DNA of 64,000 nt, from assembly GCF_009834535.1 (NCBI RefSeq), contig NC_045696.1, positions 5,208,001 through 5,272,000 of the forward strand, read 5' to 3'. This document shows, piece after piece, positions 1 through 12,067 of this stretch (position 1 is its first letter; every line of letters starts with the position of its first letter). The stretch comes from Camelus ferus. Its lineage: Eukaryota. Under the pieces are notes generated by a model. It worked only from the letters and a program-made list of their open reading frames with translations, did not search any database and was not told where the DNA came from. A program made the translations under genes and the position numbers.

Positions 1-1069
1 GAGCACCTTTCCAGGAAGACTAAGGAAGCTGCAGGGCAGGACACCCCAGCTACCGCCATCTGCACGTTCTGGGTCTCAGAGCAGGCAGTCCAGGGACGCC
101 TCCCCGGGGGTGAGTTTGAATGGGGCCCAGCCCTGGCTGGATCTGCCAAAGGTCATACGTTTGTCTGTAAAATGAAATGAAGGAAATGGAGGCATCTATC
201 AATCACGGGTCTCTTCAACTGGATCAAAGTTTGCCCCGTAAAAACGGATCCAAGGAAATGCCCGAATGATCCAAGCTTCTAAAACTAGTTTGGGGCGCTG
301 CTCTTTCCCATCAATCAGGAACTATTTTAAAATATCTCCTAAATTTTTTTCAGCATTTTCTAGGTAATTAAGAGGAGAATATACGTCTTGGAAGAGGTGA
401 TTCTCATCTTCAAACATTTTACCATCTGGTTAGAGAAACAAAACCAATACAGTTGACAGATAAAATAGGGCAAAACAGATTAAACTTAGTGCCAAATTAA
501 GTATCCAGGAAGAAGGACAATAAAGGTCAACCCAATCATGGGAGGCTTCAAGGAGGTGGTTATCTCTGTCTCAGAAGGAGGAACGATGGAAAGTGCCAGG
601 AGAAGGTGTCTGAAGGGAAAGTATTACACAAGAGGGGAGCCTGGTACTTGGAATGTTTCCTCTTCTTTAAAATGAACTCATCAGCCTCTCAGCCTGTGAA
701 ATTTCTGTGGGAAGCAAATTTATGTAGACAGCGTGTTTCCATCCAAGACTGATGGTGAAGATAAAAACCATGGGGTTCACTTGAAGATGACTCTGCAGCC
801 AGTCAGGAGGTTCGCCTGGAAGCCTCCCTCTGCCTGCTGAGGGGCCCGCTGGCTTTGCAGGCCCCCACGGGCTTTCTTCAGGGGTGGGAGAGGAGTGGGG
901 AGGAGCCCATGGGCTTTTCGTAAACCCAGCTTCCGCACCATCTCCTCTCACTCTCCCCAGTCAACCCACGTAGGGCAGCACCCCTTCTCCGTGAAGACCG
1001 TGGGGAGGTTGTTAAGCTAGCACACGTGGAGCAGCCTGCTCCTCCACCGTTTGTGACTGAGTTCCTTGT

Positions 1070-1350
1070 GGTTGATTATCTCAAGGTGGTGCTGACTTGT
1101 GGAGACTGAGTGAAGAAGGGGTCTTCCATGAAAGCAGGAAGAATATAAGGATGGGACTTCTTGTGGTGGGGCCAGGAGACAAAGATCTCTCTAGGGTCCT
1201 TCAAGGAACCACATGAGCGTCTAAGCCATGAAGGACCGAACACCTGGATTCTCAGCCTAAGAAGAGCCTCAGAGGTCAGTCAGCATCAGCCAGGAGAACG
1301 GAGTCTTACCTGGCAACCCAGGAAACATCCACCTCCTTCTGCCAACCTCC
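1070..1350 (+). mobile_element. Degraded MaLR (MLT1-like) LTR fragment
   Basis: Weak similarity to recalled MLT1 consensus (gatctctctagggtccttcaaggaacc...cacctggattctcagcc); boundaries approximate. Confidence 0.35.
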
Positions 1351-2449
1351 TGACCTCATCCTCAGAGGATCCAGTACCCAAAAGAGAAAGAGGGGGGGAG
1401 GAGGAAGATGAGAAGGAGGTGTGACCTGCTCTGTGAGGCGAAGAGAGACTTGAACCAAACTTGAGAGTGATGTTTGCAAAGGAACGACCCTGAATCTTGG
1501 GTACCAGAGTGACACAGCTCTAAGAATCAAAGGGACTGAGAAGGAATCAGTCCTGTCCAGGAGCTGATCCAGGGAGCTGCTGCCTGGAGGGAGAGTTCGT
1601 CCCAGCAGAATGGGGAAGGACAGAGATTGGGAAAAAATAAAACTGCAGGGCTCTTGTTCATCATCTTAATGAGCTGACACTTCACAAGGAGCCAGTTCAA
1701 CTCGCATCTGTGAGTAACTGTTCAAATTTCCAAAAGTTAAGAATTTTAAACGTGCACGTAAACCTACGATTCAAGCTTAGTCAGTCCCTTTACAGGTGTT
1801 GCTTATCAAGGAATATGAACAAATACATAGCAAATCACTAGCTTGATAATAGGAGCATAAGACACACAATTCATGGAGTTATTTTCTTTTCCCCCTGCTG
1901 TGGCCCTAAGAAGCTCTAAGGTGACAACAGAAGCCCTTTTCCCTCATTCACAGCAACCTCGATTTCAGTTGAGTGGAAATTCTCCCACAATGGCTGTTTT
2001 GGCAAATGCTACTTTTACCTAACAAAGACACATGAAATGTATATGCAAAAAGCCACATTTGCATAAAGACACGTCCTTTAAACTCAGCTACTTGCTACAA
2101 AGCAGGTTTCAGGACCTATACTATTTCAGTTAATCTGATTGTGGGAGAATTCCTTGAGTGGGAGAATCATCACAGCCCAACTATTTAGAAAGTCCCAATT
2201 ACCTATTAAAAAAAAAAAAGTTCATGTAAAATTGTTGGGATCTTTAGAATTATTTTTCAGTTATATTTTATTTTTTATGCCTAAAGTTGCAATTTACTCA
2301 ATAATGCCCTAGTACCCTGAAAACATTAATGAGCGTGTTCAAAGCCTCGCTGTGAATGCCATTCACACTAGACCCCAATAAGCTGCTCTGAGGGTCCTGC
2401 TATTTCCCACACAGCAAAGGGGACCCTCTCTTGTGTGAGCTTCTTTCTT

Positions 2450-2530
2450 GTGATCGTCACTTCACACTGAGAGAAGCAAAGAGAAAGGCGTCGAATTGCT
2501 TTGCCCAAGGTCAGAACCAAGTGAATCCAA
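2450..2530 (-). mobile_element. MIR SINE fragment
   Basis: cactgagagaagc...ttgcccaaggtcagaacc resembles the reverse-strand MIR core. Confidence 0.45.
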
Positions 2531-3204
2531 AGATGCAACGGACATCCTCTGGGTCTTCTTGCCAGTTCAATGTCCACACAGGTGGCTTCTTAACCTGGTG
2601 GGGAGTATGAGGGTCCATCACCTTTATTCCTTCAACGACACAAGCATGGAGAAGCCACATGGACAGGGTGTCCTCTTTTCAGGCTGTGTCTCTGGACAAG
2701 AGACAGTCAACTTCCTAAAAGTGAATCAACTGCCCAAGTTTTTCTGTTTTTTCTTTATGAAACTTTCCAACTCCCAATGAATGCTAAAGAATGCTGTTAA
2801 CAAAACACCCGTGCTTTTTGCTTTGCTATTTTAATTTCAGTGTTGATCCTGCCCAAACTCCCTCACCACACATAGAAACACTGGGGAGTCTTTTCCAACA
2901 GAGACAATTCCACCAGTGAAACACAGCTGTGGGTCTGAGTGGGCGTTTACCAGTTCTGATGGCAGCAGAGTGGGGATCAGACAGCTTGGTAGTTGTCTTT
3001 TGGGCATCTGACCTGATCCCTACAAACCAAAAAGCATTCCAAATTGTATTCTTACCCCTATCAACAAAGGACACATGACCACTGAAAACCCAGCATCAAA
3101 ATCCCCAAGTCAGATAATTTTCAATTTTTCTGAGGACTTTACATTCTTGAAATAAAGCTTCTAAAAGCCAAGAAGACAAGTGAGTGCATGCGAGGATGAT
3201 GGGC

Positions 3205-3648
3205 TGTGTCCTGGGCTGGATTGTGTCCTCCAAAAAGATATGTTGAAGGTTCAATCCCCGATCACCCCGACATGTGACTGCACTTGGAAATAAAGTCCTA
3301 GCAGATGTAATCAAGTTAAGGTAGGGTCCCAGTGAATTAAAGGGGGCCTTAAGTGTCATGACTGGTGTCCTTATAAGGGAAGCAACATTTGGACACAGAG
3401 ACACACGGGAGAACACATGTCATGACAGAGGCAGAGACTGAAGTGACAGAGCTACAAACTAAAGCAAGCCAAAGGGCAACAGCCACAACCGGCCGCTAGG
3501 AAGAGGCAAGAGAGGCTCTAACCAGAATCTCAGACGGAATATCGCCCTCCCAACACCTTGATGTCAGACTTCCAGCCTCCAGGATTGTGAGTAAGTTTCT
3601 GTTGTTTAAACCACCTAGTTTGTGCAGCAGCCCCAGGAAACTAACACA
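3205..3648 (+). mobile_element. MaLR solo LTR, MLT1C/D-like
   Basis: TG...CA termini and diagnostic blocks gcagatgtaatcaagttaagg, gactggtgtccttataag, caacaccttgatgtcagacttccagcctccag, ggaaactaacaca. Confidence 0.85.
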
Positions 3649-3700
3649 GGATTCCACAGTGTCTCGGTATCGTTGGTAGGCTGGTTTCATTTTGCTCATT

Positions 3701-3719
3701 AAAAAAAAAAAAAAAAAAA
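3701..3719 (+). repeat. Poly(A)19 tract
   Basis: Directly visible. Confidence 0.95.
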
Positions 3720-4839
3720 CACATTTCACAAGTCAGAAGAGGGAAGATGTGACCCCACTGACCCCTCCCTACGGCCCCTTATTCTGTCTTTCTTGGCGCC
3801 AGGTGGCAGGGGTCTTTCCAGAAAGAAAAGGGGCATGTGGACCCACCGGGCCCACCACACACCGGGGGCCTGGCAGCAGGGCGTCCCTGGCATCTGCTTG
3901 GCCAACTGAAGAACCATCCAAAAATGTCAGGATTTTGACAACCCAGGATGTACTTCAGGGCAGCGATGGATAATTTAAAAAAGCACATAAAGCAAAGCTC
4001 CTCGAAGCCTTTGCAGAAGACACGCATCAGAGCACAGACGGGATTTGCAATGACAGATGTCTCCAAATTTGGTCAACCTAGATAAAGTATGGTCAGAAGT
4101 TGGAACACAGGGCCAAGAGTCAGCAATGTTGGCATCCCTATTTCTGTCTCCCTGCTGCTTCACAGAGCATGTCTCTGTGAGTCGTCCCAGCCTGTGTGGA
4201 CTCCAGTAACCCCAGTATAACCACATCTGACTCCCTAGTGCCTTAAGTTGCCATGTTATCATGAAGTGCCATGGAAAGCCAGAGTCATGGTGATTTGAGT
4301 TCCTCAGAAACAGGGGGAAGAAAGGCGTGTTCTGAATATTTGATTCTTTAAATATCCCATGCCTGTATTTCAAGTGAGCAGATGCTGAGGGGAATAATGT
4401 TTCTGAATATGACACTGGCTCTGAGCATCACCCTGTGATAACTGTCATTAACAGTCATGCCTGACCCTCAGCCCTGCACCAGCCTTTGCGTGGGCCGGAT
4501 TCTGGCCTGCTGCGTACTTCTGAGCATCCCCAAAGCTTGTCCACTAAGCCAAGTGCTGGTAGCAATCAGGCTAGACCAGAAAAGAATAAACCAATTAAAG
4601 CAAAACCACACTGAGGTGACCTCAAAACTGGAAGTACAAGTCTCTTGTAAAAATCTGTGAGGAAACACTGATTTCATTTAGGATTCCAAATGGCCAGAGA
4701 CCAGAGGAGTTCAGAGCACAGATCCCAATGCAAATTGCCAGTGTTGGAGAAGGCTGAGTTAGTGGCAAGGAGGACTTTTTGGGGAGCTAGTTTGTGACAG
4801 CTTTAGATGATCACAGAAACCAAAACAATGGTTAAAGGT

Positions 4840-5256
4840 TGTCATGGGTTGAATTGTGGGCCCCCCAAAAGCTATATTGAAGTCCTAACTCCCAGGACCT
4901 CAGAACTAACTGTATTTGGAGACAGAGTCTTTACAGAGGTCATCGAGGTAGAATGAGGTCATCAGGGTGACTCTGATCCAGTGTGACTGATGTCCTTATA
5001 GGAAGGGGAAATTTGGACACAGATAGACACACAAAAAGACAATGAAGATCCAAGGAGAGGGTGGGCTTCTACAAGCCAAGGAGGGACACACATCCTCCCC
5101 TCACAGCCTCAAAGGAACCAATCCTGCTCACACCTGATCTCACACTTCCCACCTCCAGAACAGGGAGGCAATACGTTTCTATTGTTTAAGCCAGCAAGCC
5201 TGGTACTGTCACCATGATTTGTTACCATGATTTTGCTTCATTAGCAAACTAATACA
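4840..5256 (+). mobile_element. MaLR solo LTR, MLT1B-like
   Basis: tgtcatgggttgaattgt...gaagtcctaactccc...tccttataggaagg...aaactaataca matches recalled MLT1B layout. Confidence 0.85.
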
Positions 5257-5263
5257 AAGTCAT

Positions 5264-5880
5264 TGTTACCAAACCAAAGTTGGATCTGCTCGCCCGTGTA
5301 GTAAAGGCAATCCACTGACCCCGGGTTGTGGTGAAGGAAAGCGCCATGTTTGTTGCAGGCGCCAAGCAAGGAGCCCAGGTAGCTAGTGCTCAAAAGACCA
5401 GAATGGCCTGATGGCTTTCAGGGAAAGGTTTTTAAAGACAGGGTGAGGGAGGGGGGCTGTGGGGTTCATGATCAGCTCACGGACATTTTTCTGATTGGCT
5501 GGTGGTGAGGTAATCCGGAGTCAACCTCATCAACCTTCTGGTCCCAGTCAGTCTGGGGTCTACCTGCTGGTGGACAGCGTCCAGTTAACTTCTCCCACCT
5601 GGTAGGGGTTTCAATGTCTGCAAAGTAGCTCAAAGGACATACAATATTATCTATAGCCCTTGAGGAGGAACCAAAGGTTAATGGCTAAACTATTATTATT
5701 ATTATTTTGTCTTACTTGACTATTTTCCTTTGTTTCTTCATTTTCTTATTTGTCTGATTAAATTTATTCTTTGGAATGGGGAAGGCCAAGGTGGCTAAAA
5801 TTTCTCTACAACCAGGAGGCAGATGGAGGACATGGGGGAGTCTGTCCTGGGAAGGTCCCACAGCATCCTTCTCAGTTACA
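5264..5880 (-). mobile_element. ERV1-class solo LTR (617 bp) with 4-bp TSD
   Basis: TG...CA termini; TCAT duplicated at 5260-5263 and 5881-5884 (4-bp TSD is typical of ERV1); CCAAT and TATA-like motifs on the minus strand. Family name not determined. Confidence 0.85.
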
Positions 5881-6061
5881 TCATCTCCAAAACCCTCAAT
5901 TAATTCCATTAACCAGAATGATTGTTTCTGTCTTATGTCTTTAGGAGGAAAAAGAAATCACTAGAAAACAAGTCAGATCATTGGCTGAGTCTCTTGTACT
6001 TTCACACTCAGTGCCTGTTCTGAGCACTTGATGAATACAGAGTCTTGGGTTTTGCAGGACA

Positions 6062-6158
6062 GTTCCATGAGGTGGGGATGGTTATCACCATCTCCACTCT
6101 GTGGATGAAGAAACTGAGGCCTAGAAGGGGCCAAGGAACTTGCTCAAGGCCACAGAGA
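6062..6158 (-). mobile_element. MIR SINE fragment
   Basis: gatgaagaaactgaggcctagaagggg...acttgctcaaggccacag = reverse MIR core. Confidence 0.75.
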
Positions 6159-7263
6159 TGGGACGCACACCCTGCAGCAACCCCATCGTCAACGGCCTTG
6201 ACCACTGGGCTACCCCGCCTGTCTTAAACGCCCATCCTTCTAGCCGACCACCTCACTGCGGTCTGACAGTTCCAGTCCTGCCCCACACAGATCTCAACAT
6301 TCAGCATGGGGGCTGGGGGGAATTACAAGACCCCCAGGGGAAGAGCATTTAATTCAATCAAACTGCGCAGTTACATTGACAGCATCTGGGTTGAAACCCA
6401 GTGACAGTAACACCATCGGCACCCACGCTGGGCAGGTCTTGTCTTCGCCCCTTTTCCCCAGCGTCATGGGAGCACAGCATCAGAGGCTCAGGAACTTGAG
6501 GCCCCAGGTCTGCCCTCTTCCTACTCATAAGTCCCAGGGTGGACAGAGGACTAGGAACAGCTTCTGTTGGGGGGCAGAACCTGGCTGCACTCACCTGCCC
6601 GTGCTCACCCTTCGGTCCTGAACGCTGACCTGTCCCTGCCCAGATGGTCTGGGTGTTCTCCCCCACCACCCCTGTAGCTGGTGAAGCAGCTGAATGGGGT
6701 TGGGGGAGCCGCTTGTCAAGTGGCAAAACAAAATGAGCCCATCTAATTTGCTTTCTGTCATGGCCAGATCAAAGACCATCCTCTCCTTCATATAAATTAT
6801 TGAAGGGATGTGTTCAGCATCCCTGGGAGTCAAATGTTTAAAACCTCGGATTTCTGAATTAACTGCAAAATGTTAATTAACTCGCCATAAGCATTCCTAC
6901 TTGACCCTTCTCCAGGAACATGGAAACACAGCACAAAGTGCTAAAGGGTTTCCATTCATTAAAACTAATTTCACAGCAAAAATTAAAGTGTGGTTGCTGA
7001 TGGAAAGTAAAAATGCTTATTACACAGACAGGCATTAAGAATGCTGTGGAAGAATGAGCCAGACAAGCAGGGATGCCGTGGGGCAGAAAGATGCTGGACC
7101 GGGGACCCAAGCCCAGAAGCCCGGCCGCCCCGCCCGGGGAGCTGTCCGTGGCCAGTGGGCGAAGCAGGGTCTTCTGCATCCAAGGGGAAGTCCATCCCAA
7201 TTGAAAAGCAGATTCCTCTCAGTCAATTCTTGGCCGAGGGTTTGTAAACCTGGCAGTTTGGCT

Positions 7264-7448
7264 TCGTGCTTTCAGATTTGAGTGCATCAGTCTCACCTGG
7301 AGGGTTTGAAAAAGCACAGATTTCTGGCCCCCACCCCAGAGTATCTGGCTCAGCGTGTCTGGGGAGGGGCCCCAGGCTCTGCATGACTAAGAAGAGCTCA
7401 GGTGGCGCTGAGGCTGCCGGCCCAGGTGCCCGGCTTGGAGAACCACTG
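7264..7448. mobile_element. MER5A (hAT-Charlie) non-autonomous DNA transposon
   Basis: gcatcagtctcacctggagggttt...ggcccccaccccagag...gagaaccactg terminal inverted repeat end. Confidence 0.8.
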
Positions 7449-7680
7449 TTTGGGGTAGAAGAGGCAGAAAAGTGAGGAGGTGGGCACAGTGCCACCCTCA
7501 GCAGTGGCTTGAGGACCCCTGGGAGGGCACCTGGGAGGGCACCCGAGAGCAGGTGTTCAGGTGTGCATGGAACAGAGGCAGACCTCGATTCTCACTTAGT
7601 TGGGAGCCCCTCCCCCACGTGGGGGGCCTCACCTCATACCTCCTCCCGCCGCTGTCCGACTGGCTCTCAGGGCGTCTGCG

Positions 7681-7822
7681 GGCTGCTCACCTTGGGCACA
7701 TGTCTTGACTTCTCTGATCCTCCATTTTCACATCTAACGTAAGTGAAATAACACGTGTAGAATATTCAGCCCAGTGCCCAGCACATAGGAAACCCGAATA
7801 AAGTGTTAGAGTCATTATTATC
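7681..7822 (+). mobile_element. MIR SINE fragment
   Basis: accttgggca...ctctgatcctccattttcacatct...cagtgcccagcacatagg. Confidence 0.6.
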
Positions 7823-8207
7823 ACTTATTACAATTAATACACAATGAAAACACACACCAGTTGCTACAGCTACAGGTGCCCTCGGCCAACTCTTGACCTC
7901 AAATCACCGCATGCCTTATCTGAAAAGCAGACACACTTCTAGAGACCAAAAGATGAACACAGTGCACATCTCTGTCTGCTTTGGGGAGCTCTGCCCTTCA
8001 AAGAAGTTTCCAGGGACACGTTTCATTGTAAAAGCCAGAAGCCCTGTTTTGGCCCAGGGACCATTAGATCACCACCAAAAATCTCCACTCTCTGACATTG
8101 CCCATATCCACGGCCAGCTGGGATTCCAAAGACTTATGTACTTAGGCAAGAGGTAGAGAAAATAAATTATAGCGATAGTATTTACAATCACTTCCCCCCC
8201 TCCTTCT

Positions 8208-8290
8208 TGTTATGTGTTGAATTGTATTCCCATATTGAAGTCCTAACCCCCAGTACTGCAGAGCCTTGGAATTTGGGAATGAGGGAAAGA
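8208..8290 (+). mobile_element. MLT1A/B 5' fragment
   Basis: tgttatgtgttgaattgt...tattgaagtcctaacccccagtac. Confidence 0.55.
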
Positions 8291-9029
8291 TTGAGGGTGA
8301 CCTGGGCCGAGAGCAGAGGCAGCTGTAGGTGCCCACAGAGTGGGCCGCACCGTGAGCCTCAGCACGTGCTAGGAGCATCAGTCTTGTCTGGTGCTGTGGG
8401 ACCGCAGCGGGCCCCTCGTCATATCCAGACACATTAACAAATCGCTGAATGCAGACGATGCTGTGTCTGTCACCCGCTTCAAGACCAAAGCCATGGCTCA
8501 CAGCTGAGACACGGTCCAGGACCAGCCCTAGCTGGGGAGTGAGCTGCCCCACCCATGGCGATGCTCCCTGCCCTGGTCAGCTGGCGTCCAAGGACTGGTC
8601 GCTGCAGAGCACAGAGGCCTCACCCTTAGCCTTGACTTGAGAGGACTGAGAGGGCACCCTGGTTCCAGAGCCCCCTCCCCAGCCAAGACCTCCCTTGTGC
8701 CTTCCTCTCAGCTCAGCATCTCCCTCTGCCCAGGTCTGCTTCCCTCCTCCCTTGCAGGCACTGTTCCCCAGGACACACCGCAGCGAGTCTCTGGCCCTCC
8801 ATCCCACCATGGGACCTGCTGGCTGGGGAATTTCCTAGGTGCTAAATCATAACAGTCCCAGTGGGAAGACAGCAGGTTGGTGACTTGGAATAGAATGAGA
8901 TCATGATGTTCATTTTAGAGCATTTTTTTTAGTTCAGAATAAGACTTGAGAAGATAATGCTAATTTCTGAGGGAACTTTTGAAGGAGAGCCTATGTTAGC
9001 AGTTTGGATGAGCCAGTTACCAGTTATGA

Positions 9030-9150
9030 AGAGGTTTATTAGCTCAGAAAGCCTTTGGTGTGGCCCGCCAAGTGCCAGCTCTGCGCTAGGTGCTGGGGGT
9101 ACGCCCATGACTGGGTGGGGGGTCTTGTCCTCCTGGAGTTCGTAGCCATT
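9030..9150 (-). mobile_element. L2 LINE 3' fragment
   Basis: tttattagc...gtgccagctctgcgctaggtgctggggg...cctggagtt matches the reverse L2 3' end. Confidence 0.55.
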
Positions 9151-9447
9151 GGGCACGACTGTCGAGAGGTTTGGAGGTAAGCTCAAAATTCTAATGCCTT
9201 CTTTTTATCCTGCAGATGCTTCCAGCCTGTCTCGCTGCTTCCATGCAGGGGTGCTGAGTGTCAGCCCTGTGACTTCCTTCGCAGAGACTTAGAAAGGATC
9301 TTACAGGTTGGTCACCTGTGGTTTGTCAACACGGGAACACCCCACCACCACCAGAAGCAACTTGGGTCCATTGTGGGGAGGGGGGCAGTGGGTGTTCATT
9401 ACACATGTGGAAAAAGAGATGGACCACGAAGCAGGCGAGGTGCCCTC

Positions 9448-9570
9448 TGGTCCTGGCTCAGCCACTGAAAAGCTGTGTCACCACTGACTTGGATGGACAT
9501 TTTACTGAATTTGGACCTCATTTTTCTGACTTATAAAATGAAACTTTTGGACTAGAGAATCTCTAGTGCC
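9448..9570 (+). mobile_element. MIR SINE fragment
   Basis: ggctcagccact..agctgtgtc...cctcatttttctgacttataaaatg. Confidence 0.55.
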
Positions 9571-10469
9571 CGTACAAGTTCTAGAAGACTCTTATGTTTG
9601 GAGTTATAAAGGTATGGCTGGTGTCCCAGTGGGTCACCCGGAGCCCCCTTCATTTCCCCAGCAGCTGGGGGTATTGGTGGGTGAAGGATCTCAGAGGCAC
9701 AGCTGGGTTGAGCGTCCCCCTCCCCAGAGGGGCTGGAGCTCAAGGAGTGTTCTGAGCGGTCGCTGCCTGAACTCAGACAGGACGGGTCCATGACATTCCA
9801 CGTGGGGCGCAGTCTGCCCCACCCCACCCCCTTCCGCTCCTTCCTCTCCCTCACTGGTGATTGTTTCCTCCCTCAGTGGGTCCAGGGGTCCAAGGCTCAG
9901 GGACCGGCAGGACTTGGAGAGTTCCAGCACTCAGATGGGCGTTCCCAGACTTTCCACGGGCGCAAACCTCCCTTAGTATTTCTTTCACACCCCACCCACC
10001 AATCCGACCATGTGGCTGTCATTTGGAAAATGTGGCAGCTGAAAAAGAGGTCACATTCCAACCAGAGATGCCATTGAATGTCCTGTGTCAGACGCCTGCA
10101 GGAGACCTGGGGAGACAGACTGGGAGACGTCAGGGACTGGCACAGGGGCGCCAGAGGAAAAGCTGAGTGGGACCTGATTTGTGTGTTGGAGGGAACAGAA
10201 TCATACACCCCTGACTACAACGCCTTAGACCAGGCGCCTGCTGTGAGGCCCTGGGGACCGAAGGGAGGAGAGTGTTCTGAATGGGGTGATTCAGGAGGGA
10301 TCACACGTGGAAAGGTGATGGACCACTGGTATGGTTTGATGGGGACGGGATTGAGTCAACAGAGATTCCAGAAAGAGGAGCTAGATGGCACATCTCAGAG
10401 GAGGAACCATGAACAAGGCTCAGTTCTGTGTGTGTGTGTGTGTGTGAGCTGGTCAGAACTTCAGCTGGA

Positions 10470-10800
10470 AAGGTCAGAGTGACCTTGATCATGGAGTGAC
10501 TCGGCTTCTCACTAAAAGCCACGGACGTGTCTGAGCAGAGGAATGTGAGCCAATCAATCCGATCGATGCTTCAGAGAGACAGGGTGGCAGCAGGTGGCAG
10601 ATGGATGTGAAAAGGAAGGGCAGGAGGCCAGTGCGATGATAATTTGGTCTGACCAACTAACTCAGACATGGTATTTGGGGTTAGAGTGGAGCGGGGGCTA
10701 TGAGAGACATCTGGACGGAAGAGGATCAAAAGTGCAGAAGAACAGATCCCATGACTGGCTGAGGGAGGGAAAGGCAGGGCCTGGAGGATGGGACGGGTCA
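10470..10800 (-). mobile_element. L2 LINE fragment
   Basis: gaccttgatcatggag...aagccac...gagcagaggaatg...gtggcagcaggtggcagatgg resembles reverse L2 ORF2/3' region. Confidence 0.5.
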
Positions 10801-12043
10801 CAGCGATGACACCAGGGTCCAGTGGAGAGCATGGGATTAGAGTGGGGGCTGTTCACTTTAGGAGGCAAAGGAGACAGAAGAACCCTGGGGCTTAAAAACC
10901 TGCGTTTGGGCAGTCTACAAGCCCGGAGCTGAACCTGACCTTCATGTCCATTAGCTCTGACCATGGCTGCTTACGGTTTCACTGCTCCTCCATCTCGTCA
11001 TAGGCAAAACAGGGGACCACTCAGGGTGCACAAGGACCACTGCATCACGTAGCATTTCAGATGAAGCGCTCGGACCCATGCCTGACCCAGGTCCACACCC
11101 ACTGAGCATCAGCTTTGCTGAGGGAGGGGGCCCCAGGGACCACGTACAAATCTGACAAATTCTATGTATCTCCTCAGAAAAATGCACGTGGATCTCCAGT
11201 CGCCATCCCTGGACTCCAAAAGTGCCCACGGATCCAGGCTCCAAAGTTCCAGCCTCCTTGGAGGTGTCCTCCAGTTACCTGGAAATACGGGTCTGGAATT
11301 CTGGAGACCAGTCAGGGCCAGAGAAGTGTGCCTGGGAGTCTGCAGGCATGTTTTTGTGCACACGCGTGAGCATCAGAGATGACCCCAGGGAAGGAGGGAA
11401 CAGGGAGTACCACGGGCTGGTGAGGGACTCGGAAGGATGCGTTCACTCCGCCTGGCAGAGTGAGGGGCTGGGATGGGTCAGCAAAGTGAGGAAAAGGAAG
11501 CCCCTGGTAGCAGAAAACTGCACACAGTCCTGGGCCACTCAAACTTCAGTCACAGCTGGGCCGCGTCAGGAACGCAAACCAACACCGTGAAATCTCACAA
11601 GCAATCGTAGCAGATTTCACTGAACTGCGCTGCCCATCACATCCTTCTGTCTTATTTAGAGGAGGAACTGTTTTTTCTAGCTTCTTTCTCCAGCTGTTCA
11701 ATTTAAATGTGTCCCTTTGTGTCCTCTCTAAAAACTGTTTTTCCCAAGCCATAGTCATGGTGCACTTTTAGAAATAAGATTATTTTTAGGATTTATGAAT
11801 TTATTTATGAGAAGTTTTACAAGCCTACAAAAATAGCATTTCGTTCTATGCTTTTAGCAAATTGACTTTATTGAAAAGAATAAAATTACATGAAACCAAG
11901 GGGATTCTGGAAAATCCCATGCATGTGACCCTCAGATTTGAGGAGAGTCCAGTGGATGGCACTGGCTGGGGGAGAGCAATGGCCAATAAATTACTTCCTC
12001 TGTCCCTCCTTTTGGAAGGAAGAGGGAAGGAATGAGGGAAGGA

Positions 12044-12067
12044 GGGAGGGAGGGAGGGAGGGAGGGA
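12044..12067 (+). repeat. (GGGA)6 microsatellite
   Basis: Directly visible. Confidence 0.95.

Noticed and set aside
3701-3719. Body-less poly(A) as a solo retro-insertion
   Set aside because: No TSD found; indistinguishable from slippage expansion
1-5000. DSCAM terminal exon
   Set aside because: No frame encodes the DSCAM C-terminus (…NNPYAKSYTLV); it is expected further left
5417-5425. GAS/STAT motif TTCAGGGAA in the ERV1 LTR
   Set aside because: Single degenerate 6-base-specified motif, expected roughly 16 times per 64 kb by chance
7518-7543. Short tandem duplications (12 bp here; 13 bp at 5208-5233; 8 bp at ~18406-18429)
   Set aside because: Ordinary replication-slippage micro-duplications
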